DNA of 64,000 bases from Azolla caroliniana (taxonomy: Eukaryota > Plantae > Polypodiophyta): the NCBI GenBank assembly GCA_043228905.1, contig JBHGNT010000017.1, forward strand, positions 14,942,001 through 15,006,000. The letters run 5' to 3'. Within the stretch, counting starts at the first letter, position 1; every line of letters begins with the position of its first letter. Below, one piece after another: positions 36,807 to 49,622 of this stretch. The notes below the pieces were generated by a model. The model was not told the origin of the DNA. It did no database searches and saw only the letters and a program-made list of their open reading frames with translations. Both the position numbers and the translations under genes were made by a program.

Positions 36807-39800
36807 CCGTGTCGATTCCAATAATAGCACAGTGCTGTGAATTTTTTACTCAGACAAAGTCGGAATATTTGGCCAAATCTTGCCAGAATTGCGATCTATG
36901 AGGAGTCGCGTGGTATGACACACCTGAATCCAGGAGCCAAGTGTTGGACTCTTCAATCGTAAGTAGAACAACTTATTTGATTGAGTTCTCAATGTACAAG
37001 ATATTCAGATCGTTGGTCAAAACTTTGTAGAGATTGTGGTTTCAAATATCTATCATGTTTTTGGAGTTTTGGTATATATTCATGACACTCTTTACCCCAC
37101 ATATCATAATCACCGTGAAAACTTTCACTCCTCTCCTCTCCTCTACAACCCTCTTCAACCCTACAACCACAACCCAACATGGTGTACCCAAGAGTGTGCA
37201 TTCATTACGTTTGGGGGGATGTTAAGTATTGTCAATATGTAGCATGGCCCACGAAGATATTAGCATCAACATGGGTACTATATTAAGGAAAAGACTGGGA
37301 AAAAGGGGAATAGAACAAAAAGGTCTCTAGACTTTTAGGCCAAAAGGCCATCCCAATGTCAAAGGGAATAAACCTTATATATAAAATACTATAAAAACCT
37401 TATTTTGGTGACGTCTTGAACCTTTAGTCTTGAGCCCCTTCATAGTTTAAGCTTGAGCTCTCCCTTTCTCCCTTGCCCTCGTACATTCTTTGTGAGTTGG
37501 GTTATCAAGTGTTGAGAGACAAGCTCAACATCGGCCGGATCGGCTGAGCAAGCCGAGGCCGGTGCGTAAAACGGATGCGTAAACTGGTACGCAAACCTGT
37601 GTGTAATTAAAGGCCGTATCGGTGCGTAAACCGAAAGGCCGTTAGAGAGATATTCCTCGTAAAGGAATAATTTTGGGAGTGAGTGTCAAGGCTCATTTAT
37701 GAGCAGTCAAGTACTATCAATACTTGTGTCAGCCCATTGTCAGGGCTTGTATAAAAGGTGTTCACTGAGCACAATGTATGTACAGATCGAGTATTATTTT
37801 TTGAATTAAGTTCTTGTGTTTACTCTCTCTCTGTCTCTCCCGTGCATACTGTGCAAACCTAAGCTTTCCATTAAACCTGTGTTTTCTGTTGTTCAGTTTT
37901 CCTATATTGCTTCTGCATGCCATTCTTTTCATGGTATCAGAGCACGAGGGTTGAGAACCTCTGCAGCCGACTTTGCTTGAAGGAAAAACCAACGAAGAAG
38001 AACAAGAAAACAGATGGACAGAGGAATGGCTAGCTCGCTTCCAACGGAGAAGCTCGACAGAACCAACTACACATCTTGGTCCTACAAGATGCACCAGTAC
38101 CTGCTCAGACACGGTTACTGGAGCTATGTCGATGGAGCAAATGACACAGCACCCGATTCAACACATAAAGACTTCCCGTCGTGGGAACAATCGGCGAGCA
38201 GAGTGTTGTACTGTTTCGCGTCTTGTGTGGGCGAACAGCTGCTAAGTTACATTCGAGATGCAAAAACGATGAAGGGTGCGTGGGAAAATCTGAAGAAGAT
38301 CTTCGCCGCGAGCACCGCAACCAGGAAGCTTCAGCTCCGACAGGAGTTGAGCAACCTACGACAACACGATTTGTCGATGGCTAACTATACCTCGAAGATC
38401 AAGGACATATGCGATTCCTTAGCTTCCATCGATGTGAACATCGAGGAAAGCGAGATGGTTCAGGTCTGTCTCGGGGGTTTGGCATCGAAGTTCGGGGCGT
38501 TCCGAACTATGTGTGTACCCGGGAGAATACGTCGTCCTTTTTCGACTTACAGTCGATGCTCCTGGTAGAGGAGAACCACGCGGGTGCATCAACGAGCACG
38601 CACACCGACAGCAAGATGTTGTACACGGAGGGAGATAGGCCCCATGGACATGGAGGACAAGGAGAGTCGGTGTGCAATGGAGGCGACCGACGAGATCAAG
38701 GAAGGACTCACCGAAGTGATGGAGACAGCAATTCCGGACCCTCCGGAAACAGGGGGATTCGAGGCGACAAGAACCGGCAAGGGAAATCCGCCACGGAATG
38801 CTGGTATTGTGGCAAGAAAGGCCACAGGGAGAGCGAGTGCTGAAAAAAGCGTGTCGAGTCGGAGAGGACCGGTTCCGGATCTGGTTCCGGACATACCGAC
38901 AAAGGAAACCAGCAACAATCGCACTACGCCGAATGATCCAGAAAAGCCGAAAAAGGGTCAGTCTTCATGACAAGACACGAAGCAAACTCAATGAAGAAGG
39001 TCACCCCGAAGTCGGAGGAGGTGTGGTACGTCGACTCCGGCGCGTTAAACCACATGACGTGCCAGGAGGAGTGGTTCTCATACCTTGAGAAACCGATGCA
39101 ACCAGGAGTAGTCGCAACCGGAGACGACACTCCGCATCCGATCGCGAATGTCGGTGAAGTTCCCTTGAGCCATGTCAGGCAAAAAGGGAAACTTATGAAC
39201 GTGTTACACGTCCCGACCATCACGAAGAATCTGGTGTCAGTCGGGCATATCGTCGACCAGGGGATGCGGGTTCGGTTTACACACCTCGGGTGCTTCATTG
39301 AGGAAGAAGGTTGTATTATTGCACAAGGGCAAAGAGATGGGAGGATGTTCATCCTCGACTCTACTGACGGTGGCACCGCAATGTTCGCGAAGGGACAAAA
39401 AGTCGAGTCGGACATCGACTTATGGCACAAAAGGATAGGCCACGTCAACTACCAGTGGCTTCAAGACCTGCAATCGAAATAGGTGGTATTCGGATTGCCC
39501 AAATTTAGTGGCCAGAAGGCACAAATTTGTGAAGCTTGCCAGCTTGGGAAGCAACACCGACTTCCATTCCCCAACGAGCGTAACCGGAGCCGGAACAAGC
39601 TCGACTTGATACACTCCTATGTGTGGGGGCCGGCACAAAATGTTAGTCTTGGCGGGAGCCGATACTTCGTCTCCTTCATCGACGACTACACGCGGCACGC
39701 GTGGATCTACCTCATTGAGAGGAAAAGCGAAGTCTTCGACTGTTTCCGGGACCTCAAAGGGTTCGTGGAAATGGAAACAGGAAGAAAGATCAAGTGTCTA

Positions 39801-41459
39801 TGGTTGGATGGCGGAAAAGAATACTTTTCCGATCAATTCAACGGTTATCTACAACAGATGGAAATTCGGCGCGAATTCAGTTGTAGATACACACGAGAGC
39901 AAAACGGCGTGGCCGAGAGGAAAAATCGGTCGGTTGTGGAAGCGGCACGGGCAATGCTGGAGGAGAAGAGCTTGCCCAAGTTCTACTGGGCCGAGGCGGT
40001 AAGGACCACGGTATACATCCAAACTTGGATCAGAGAAAAAGTGTCGGCGCACGAGCTATACTTCGGAACGAAGCCGAACTTGCGACACTTACGAGTTTTC
40101 AGTAGCATTGCGTATGTGCATGTGCAAAAGGAGAAACGGAGGAATCTAGACGCAAAGGCCAAGAAATGTATCTTGGTCGGTTACTCGGATGAGCAGAAGG
40201 GTTATAAGTGTTATAACCCGCGCACCAAACAAGCACGCGTGAGCCACGACGTTGTGTTTGATGAGTTCGCGTCCTGGTACTTGCCTCCGACTCCGGACCT
40301 CGCCTCCAATCCGAGTTCTGATGATGAGGCTAGCGAGGCCGAGATGCCTCTAGATGAGCCTGAAATCGGGACCCGCGAAGAGAGTCCGATTTTGTTTCGG
40401 TTAAGTGGACCGAATGAACGACTGAGTCGGTACGACTAGTCCGATGAAGAGCCGGCGAGTAGTGGAGACTCGACCGTGCATTCCCCACCTAGGAAGCTGA
40501 GAAGACGGCTCACACACAAAGAGAAAGGGAAGAAGAAGGTGTAGGATTCCGGCACGGATAGGCACGAGTCAGACCAACGCAAGTCCGACTCTGAGGGCAG
40601 CGGTGATAGGTCTTCAAGAGTGAAGTCCGCGTCAGCCGAGAAGACCTCGACATCGGCTAATGACCGATTACGCCGATCTACCCGCCAAAAGAACCCAGTT
40701 GTGCAGTTCGGATACAACGAGTACATGGCGCATCATTATGCGAACATGACCTGTGTAGCGGAAGTGCGTGAGCCAGAGAGCTACGCAGAAGCGGCTAAGG
40801 ACGCGAATTGGCGTGCCGCGATGGAGGAAGAGATGCACGCATTGGCGGAAAACGAGACCTGGGACTTGGTTGACGCACCGAAGGGTGTGAAGCCGATCGG
40901 ATGTAGGTGGGTGTACAAAGTCAAGTACAACACCGAGGGTTCGGTCAACCGATACAAGGCTCGGTTAGTAGCGAAAGGCTACACGCAGAAACACGGCATT
41001 GATTATGATGAGACGTTTGCGTCAGTCGCGAAGATGACGACCGTCCGTGTTTTGCTTGCGGTAACTGCGGAAAAGGGGTGGCACTTACATCAGATGGATG
41101 TAAAGAATGTGTTCCTGCAAGGTGAGCTTCAGGAACAGGTGTCCATGGTACAACCCCCAGATTTCACTCCGGAATGAACACTTCGGCGGTGTCGCGAAGT
41201 TTCGCGCGCGTGTGTTACTTGGGCGGGACCACGGGGGTCTCGGACTAGGGAGTACTCAAGGGATAGAGAAGACCCGAGGTTTGCTTTATGACAATACTAC
41301 TTCCCCACCCCTTCCCGAGCAAGGTCTCGTTCCCCTTTGTTTTGTGAGGCTGGTGGCTCTCCTTGATCACGACTCGTCGACCTTCCGAGATCATCGTACG
41401 AGCCAAGTCACCAAACGAGTACAAGCAAGATGAGCACGCAACATGAACGCACAAGGGGA

Positions 41460-42090
41460 CGATAACACAAACACGAATGTCCGTACGGCTTTATGAGGAG
41501 GAGAGGTGAATGGGTGCGCCTGAACGCTCCCTCGTGACAAGATGTTGAACGTACGAGGAAGACACAAAACACACGCACAAAATGCTCGTATGCCTTTATG
41601 AGGAGGAGAGGTGCATGGGCAAGCCCGAACGGTCCCCTCGTCACAAGACGGTCGAACGTACAAGGAAGACACAAACACGCACACAAATGCTCGTACGCCT
41701 TTATGAGGAGGAGAGGTGCATGGGCAAGCCCGAACGGTCCCCTCGTCACAAGACGGCCGAACGTACAAGGAAGACACAAACACACGCACAAATGCTCGTA
41801 CGCCTTTATGAGGAGAGGTGCATGGGCAAGCCCGAACGGTCCCCTCGTCACAAGACGGTCAAACGTACAAGGAAGACACAAACACACGCACAAAATGCTC
41901 GTACGCCTTTATGAGGAGGAGAGGTGCATAGGAAAGCCCGAACGGTCCCCTCATCACAAGACGGCCGAACGTACAAGGAAGACACAAACACACATACAAA
42001 TGCTCGTACGCCTTTATGAGGAGGAGAGGTGCATGGGCAAGCCCGAACGGTCCCCTCGTCACAAGACGGCCGAACGTACAAGAAAGACAC
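41460..42090. repeat. Tandem array of about six 105-bp units in the 3' LTR of F
   Basis: ttatgaggag recurs at 41491, 41596, 41701, 41806, 41909 and 42014. Confidence 0.95.
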
Positions 42091-42659
42091 GAATAAAGAA
42101 AGAAGGAGAGAAAGAAACACGAACGATATTGACCAAAGAGTTAAATACGTGCTCGATTCTAATGCAAGAGGACCCTTTATAAAATAGGGTTTTGTTTACA
42201 ATGGCAACTTATAGTTAACCACAAGCTCAATCAAACCATAAATATTAAATGCCCTTAGAGACAAGGTAAAACCGAACACGGCGAAGACGAACACACGAGC
42301 ACCACCAAAATGCCAATCCCAACGAACCACGACCACCCGAACGGCGAGCACACGGGCTCGCAACGACGAACGGGGCGGAGCAAGGTCGAACCAACGAAGC
42401 GTGGGCTCACGAGCACTTCGAGTGCCGACGCGAATAAGACGAGCACATGGCGATGGGGGGATGAAGGGGTATGAGATGAAGAAAAGTGGTGAATAAGGAG
42501 ATGAAGAGCTTCGAAGGAAAATTGGCGATAGTCTCCTCCTCCCAAAACGTCCTCCCAAATGAGCCCCCCTCGACCTCCTTTTATAGGAAAAAAAGAAAGC
42601 GGGGGTCGCCAAATTTGTCTTCAATGAAAAAAGAATAAAATTCATTAAATCACGTTGCA

Positions 42660-42730
42660 CTATAAGACTAGATTCGAACCTTGCACCTCTAGCTAGTAGT
42701 CAATGTGACTATCCACTAACCAACTAACTC
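42660..42730 (-). promoter_or_regulatory. tRNA-like A/B-box cassette in the F LTR (more degenerate copy at 50190-50258)
   Basis: Minus strand TGGTTAGTGGATAG...GAGGTGCAAGGTTCGAATCT. Confidence 0.6.
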
Positions 42731-45700
42731 TTTTTTATATAATATATAATTTTATCTCTATAAATTTATAGCATGTCTCCCCTCTACCCATTATCTCACC
42801 TCTCTCTTACTTTTTGCACGAGCTTCTATACCTCCCTTTTACCCTTTCTTTTCCTTTTTATTTTGCATATGCACAATTAATCGCTTTTGTGTGCACACAC
42901 ATTGCACATGCACATTTTTTACCCCCTTTTCGCCGGTTTTTCCCACTCTCAAGCACGCCACATCACGACATCCACCCCCACCAAACCGCACATCCTCCGG
43001 TATGTGCCAAGAATAGCGGGCTGAGGGTGGTCAATAGTTCATTTCCTCCTCCTCATTGACCCCATGGCTTGTTGTTTGCTCGCCTTTGTCTTCGTCAAGG
43101 TCATCGAGGTTTGGCTCCTTGTTGTGTCACGTTTTGAAGATTTTGACCCGCTTCTCGGCTATTGGTACTGCCAGCTTAGTCCCATCGAGTTCAGCGAGGT
43201 GGTAGGTAGCATTATCGTTTGCACTCGTTACCATGTACGGCCCGAATCATCGCTTTGCGAATTTCTGCATCGACCTATGTTGATTGTCGAGACTACTATC
43301 ATATACAATCACCCAGTCTCCTTCTTCGATCTTCTAAGGGCGTAGTCGATGTGTCTTGTCGAATCGGGCTTTGTTACTTAGCCTAGCCGCTTCTAACCTC
43401 TCCTTTGCTAACTCCAAGTCTTCGGGTCTTCTCTCAAGTTGCCTTATCCTTGTGGCTAGAAGCTCTTCTCGACTCATCTCGTTTTCCCACGGCATCACTA
43501 CCCATGAAGCGATCGTGTCTTCAATGGGCATCACCGGCTTTTGTCCGTACATGAGTTCAGCTGGCATGAAACCTGTAACTGAGCTATGAGTTGTTCTGTC
43601 GGCCCACAAGGCATAAGGTAGTAACCGAGGCCAATTCCTGACTCGCCCATCACAAGCTCGTACAATGGCTTTTACGATAGGCCCGTGTCCGCGTTCTATC
43701 TTTCCATTAGCCTCCGGGTTATAAGCGGTTGTGAGAGAGAGCTTCACTCCAAGTCGGTCAAAGAGCTCTGTAGCTTCGTGAGCGTTCAGCTCTCCTCTAT
43801 CGGCCACTATCTTTCCCATCCGTACCGGCAGATGACATCCTCGAGTAAGAATTTACACACCCCCACCGTCGTTTTGTTTGCTAAGGCCCGCCCTTCTACT
43901 TGATTTGTTAGGTCTTCTCTTGCTAGCACCAAATATTTCATTTGGCCCACTCCCATCGGCATCGAAACCAAATCCACCATCCATTTGAAGTGTATGGTGA
44001 GTGGGTAGGTCGGGTGCAACTCGTCCCTATGGCGTATGTTGGAGTGTATCTGACAGCTTGCACATGTCCCCACGAAATGGGCGACATCCTTGTACATTCT
44101 CGGCCACCAATACTTCTCCTTTAACTTCTCGAATGTTGCCCACGTTCCTCTATGGCCCGCCCAAGGACTCTCGTGGAATTCAGACACCAATGTTGTCTAG
44201 TCCTCTTCCTTTATGACCACTCGTTGTGGCGTCCCCGTCCTTCTCTTCGGGTGCCTCCAAAGGAATCCCCCCTCGTAGGAAGTACTTGTACGCTTTCTTT
44301 CGGACTCTTTGTGCTTCCTGCTTCGACCATGAACTATCCATTGTCATTGAGCTTAAGAACTTGCCAATGTGTAGCCACTCCCCTTCGTATTCACTTTCGT
44401 TGAAGGCGTTGAGTACTCGCACATCTTGATCATCTATAGACGCTTGGGCTATCTTAAAGAAGTCAAGAGCGACATCCTCATCTTCAGACACCATGTTGCT
44501 TTCGCCTTCGAACCTTGCCCTCGATAGCATATCTACCATGACATTGTTCTTCCCTAAAATGTGGTGAATCTCCGGGTTCATTGATTTGATGTAAGCGATC
44601 CATCTTAGCATAGCTAGGTCAGGTGTTGCACACCCCGAAACCATCCCTAGGATTGGAAGGCAATCCATCTCTATTACCACCTCTAACCCGATTAGGTAAT
44701 CTTTATCCGCCTTCACTACGGACACAATACCCCAAAGCTCACGTTTTACTTGGGCATATCCTCGTTGTCGCTCGCTTAAGACCTTGGCTCCGAACCGGAT
44801 GGCATAGCGTGTACCATCCTCTCCTTCTTGGTTGATGACCCATCCAATCCCTGTTGGACTCGTATCTACCGTCACGTAGATGGGCACCCCTTCCTTGTAT
44901 ATAGCTTTTCGTAAAGTTGGTGCCGCTACCAACATTCCTTTGAGCCTCTTCATTGCCTCTGTGTGCTCTTCCTCCCACTTGAACTTCCGCCCCTTCTTAA
45001 GTAGCCCATACAAGGGCTCGGCTAGGTGAGCATAGTGCGGGATCCAGATGTGGTAGAATGCACAAGCACCAAGAAATCACCTCACCTCTGTTTGCGATTT
45101 ACATTCTTCCCTCATGTCTGTGATGGCGACCACCTTTGCCGGGGACGGCTTCCGTCCGTACGCCCCACACAAGTGTCCCACCACAAGGATCTCTGGTTGG
45201 CCGAATGCCGATTTCTCACCCAAGAAGGTCAAGCGTGCATCTTCGAGTCTTTGTAGAACCTTCTCACAATCAGAGATGTGATATGCCACAAAACGTCTGC
45301 ACCCATACTCGTCCAAGGTTTCATCTTTCTCCGCTTCAGAGCACCCTTTTATGGGGATGTCATCGAGGAATGGCATGGTGATGTCGGGGATGCAATCTCT
45401 CAGTACCTTGTTCATTGCATTTACCATGTGGGCTACAGAGTTAGTGCCTCCTTGTGGCAAGGTACACATTCGCACTAGGCCGATAGGAGTCCGCATCGTC
45501 GTGATGTCCCTGCTCTCCATAGCTAGTTGGAATTGATCATACCCCGAGTATAGATCACTGATCAAATAAATAGACCTTCCAGCGAAGGCCTCGGCGAATT
45601 CGTCAACGCTCGGTCCGACCCCGGCATTTTGAATTGTCACTTGATTAACAGGTTGTAGGTCCTGGATGAAGCGTAATGTGCCGTTCTTCTTTGGCACAGT

Positions 45701-48700
45701 GAACCACCGATTCGAGTATGGGGAGCTTGATGGCTCGAGGATACCCATCTCGATCTTTTCCTTGAGTAGCTCAATCAACTTCGGGATGTGAGCTCTCGGA
45801 ACGGGGATTGGCTTGATGTTCCACGGTACATGCGGCACCATAAAGATCACCATTGGCTCCACGATCTTAGGGTTTACACACCCTATCTCACCCTACGAGA
45901 AGGCGAAAGCCCTTCCGTTGCTTTCGATCATCCTTCTAAATCTTTCCTCCTCCCTAGGCAATAGGAAGCCACCCCCACGAATCCGGAGCTTCTGTCGCGT
46001 CTCGTCGGTGAACCAATGCCCTATGCCTCGTGGGTCCCACAAGCTAGGATCAGCCGCTACCCCCTTTATCCGATCCCAACTATCGTTAGGCAATGGGGCA
46101 GCCACAGGCTTCACCTTCTTGTCCACGGTCTTGTACTTTGTTTGCACCTTGACCGTCCTCGCTTCCTCAATCAACCGCCCAAGCTCTTCGATGGCGGTGT
46201 ACATGTCAACTGAGTTGACTGGAATTACCTTGTCTTCATTGAGGCCCGAAGCGACTACCCTCTCCATCTCTCTGAGAGTGTCGTCGAACGAGACCGCCTC
46301 CATGGCGCCGCTTATGGTGTCATCTTCCCCCAATAAATTACATTGTTTGAGATACCTTTCGTATCTCTTGGCCCTAGACTTATCTCTATCACTTAAACTA
46401 GTAATTTTACAAGCTCCATTTTCGGAGAACCAAAATTGTTTCCTATTACATTTAATATTTTTACAAGGGTTTAGGGTCTTAGTTTGCCTCGAGCTATTGC
46501 GGCCCCACTCTTTAATAGCCCGAATCAAAAATCCTCTCGGCTATCCCCTTTGAGGGAGGCTCGATTGCGCTCATGGTTGGGCCTCACTGTAAGGAATTAG
46601 ACCGAATGCTTCCCATCTTGGCTCTTGACCCTCGCATATGCCGACCCGTTGTCTAGCACCTTCGTCTCCATATGAGCCGCCGTGATGTATGGTTCACCCA
46701 AGATGACCGGGTGCGAGGACATCTCTTGAACAAAGAAATTTTGATCTATTTCTACGTCCCCCACCTTCACACGTACATTCGGGCAAGCCCGTATAGCTCC
46801 TCGGTTGCTCGGGTCGCCGCTCTAATCTTCCACCCGTGCTTCATGTTGATCGGCCACTTTCCCTTTTTATAAAAGTCCATGGACATAAGGTTGATCTCAG
46901 AGCCATGGTCGATCAATGCTACCACCGGCTCTTTTACATCTCCGACCCGTACCGGTGTCTCCGTTGTCGCTCTCGCCCAATGCGGCCTTGTGTAGTGACT
47001 GTCCGCATAGTCTTCGTCTTCCTCGGGGACCTCAGTTGACAATGCATTTACAATCGCGGGTTTTGCCACTTCTTGCTCCATTGAGAGCCGCTTCCTCTTC
47101 ATTAGGTCGATGATGACCTCGTGGAATTCTTTCTTGCCAATTCCGAGGACCTCTCGCAAAGTAAACTCTACGCGACTATCGAGGATCCTCTCCTCCACTA
47201 CCTTCTTCAAGTCCGTTGCTTGTTCAATCTCCGAGCAAAGCTTGAAGTTGGGGGGGTTCCCCTTCTCTTTCCATCTTTCGTCGCGTGCTTGAGACTGGTT
47301 CGACTCTTCCCTTCTTCGTGCACCTCAAGCGTCGTATTTCCTTGATGGACCGGCTCCCTCGTCATTTCCTACCTTCTTCTCTTCTACCATTACTTCGTAG
47401 TTTTGGCAAGCGGCTTCCACTAAGCCTGTCTTTTCTTCCACCGGATCCTTCCACCCGGTTGCTTCTTGGACCCTTCTTTCTGCCTCGTCTGCTTCTTCTC
47501 TTTTGAACTTCCCCTTAGAGAGGCTTCCAAGGATTGACGGCCAAAAGTCAAACTCTTTCTCCTCTTGCCTCCTCCCCTCTTTCCCCACTCGGATCCCAAC
47601 CGACGCCGAGTAGTGGACGGCTTCAACATGTCGTGCTTCGGCCTTCTCCATTAGCCTTCTCATGCCCCCTCGGCCTTGATTCAATCCCAACGGGCGCCTT
47701 GTCTCCGTCGAATAGACCCTATTGTTCCAAAGATAGACAATATCCTTTCTTAGGGCCTCTTGAAAGTCTCCAAACTCCCTTCGTAGGTGGTCGGGGTTGT
47801 CACACCACATACATCTTTGCGCGAACGGGGGACGTCGATCTTGAGGGCCGCCACTCTCTCTCCTAGCTTGCGCTATTTGGAGATCTCACACCATCTTTGT
47901 GAGCTTGTCTATTGCCGACCCTCCCGACGGTGCTTCAACCACGTTTCTCTCGGGGATGAACCTTGCATTTGCTTGCTCTCTTTCTTGAGGTATTCTACCA
48001 GCCCTGGGTTCGTGTGTCTCACTAATGGAGCCTGTGGATGTTTGGCCGCTCAACGGAGACCCGTCATTCCATTCCCTTCTCTTATCGAAGCGGCTACAAA
48101 CCCGTTTTACCATAGCCCAATCCGTCGTGAGCCCATCATCAGTTTCGAGGAGGGACCCCACCTTCTCTCAGTCTCGTGCATCAACAGTCTTTATGAATAG
48201 TAGGACCTTGCTTGTGTCAAGCACCATCCTATCGAGCGTCAAGAGTCACGCGAAGCGCTTCTCAAATTCTTGTAAAAGTACCATAGTATTTCTCCCCTTG
48301 CCGAGAAGCTCAACCCACTCCATTAGATCCCTTTTCGAAATTCTGAGTGAGTCATCAAGGTCGTACTTCTCGAGGAGTCTTTCTTCGAACTCCACCCAAT
48401 TGCAACAGTTTGCTTGGATCTCGAGTACCTCCGTGTGGATACTCGGCGTTACCACTCTAGCAAATCCGGTTAGCCGCCTATCTTTGGGGACGTTTCGCAT
48501 AAGCATTTCGGCCTTATAGGCATCCAAGTAGCTCGTGATATCTCTTCCATTGAACTACCCCGTTGTGCTAACCATCGTCTCTATGGCCCGGTCTAGACCG
48601 GTGATGCCTTCTCGGGCATTTACCAAGCGGTCCACCGCCGCCGCCATCGCTTCAGCGAGTTCTCCTCCTCGCATCTTGGTTCTCCTTTGCCACCCTTTCA

Positions 48701-48989
48701 CGTCGGGTTCACCAATTTATGTCGCGAAGTTTTGCGCGCGTGTGTTACTTGGGCGGGACCACGGGGGTCTCAGACTAGGGAGTACTCAAGGGATAGAGAA
48801 GACCCGAGGTTTGCTTTATGACAATACTACTTCCCCACCCCTTCCCGAGCAAGGTCTCGTTCCCCTTTGTTTTGTGAGGCCGGTGGCTCTCGTTGATCAC
48901 GACTCATCGACCTTCCGAGATCACCGTACGAGCCAAGTGACCAAACGAGTACAAGCAAGATGAGCACGCAACATGAATGCACAAGGGAA

Positions 48990-49622
48990 CGATAACACAA
49001 ACACGAATGTCCGTATGGCTTTATGAGGAGGAGAGGTGCATGGGCGCGCCTGAACGTTCCCTCGTGACAAGACGTCGAACGTACGAGGAAGACACAAAAC
49101 ACACGCACAAAATGCTCGTATGCCTTTATGAGGAGGAGAGGTGCATGGGCAAGCCCGAACGGTCCCCTCGTCACAAGACGGTCGAACGTACAAGGAAGAC
49201 ACAAACACGCACACAAATGCTCGTACGCCTTTATGAGGAGGAGAGGTGCATGGGCAAGCCCGAACGGTCCCCTCGTCACAAGACGGCCGAACGTACAAGG
49301 AAGACACAAACACGCGCACAAATGCTCGTACGCCTTTATGAGGAGGAGAGGTGCATGGGCAAGCCCGAACGGTCCCCTCGTCACAAGACGGTCGAACGTA
49401 CAAGGAAGACACAAACACACGCACAAAATGCTCGTATGCCTTTATGAGGAGGAGAGGTGCATGGGCAAGCCCGAACGGTCCCCTCGTCACAAGATGGCCG
49501 AACGTACAAGGAAGACACAAACACACATACAAATGCTCGTACGCCTTTATGAGGAGGAGAGGTGCATGGGCAAGCCCGAACGGTCCCCTCGTCACAAGAC
49601 GGCCGAACGTACAAGAAAGACA
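48990..49622. repeat. Tandem array of about six 105-bp units in the 5' LTR of F
   Basis: Same unit at 49021, 49126, 49231, 49336, 49442 and 49547. Confidence 0.95.

Noticed and set aside
41460-42090. CRISPR array, hammerhead ribozyme array, or coding genes (ORFs 41391-42182, 48827-49715)
   Set aside because: Units are contiguous with no unique spacers, and no CUGANGA...GAAA core was seen on either strand. The ORFs arise because the unit length is a multiple of three.
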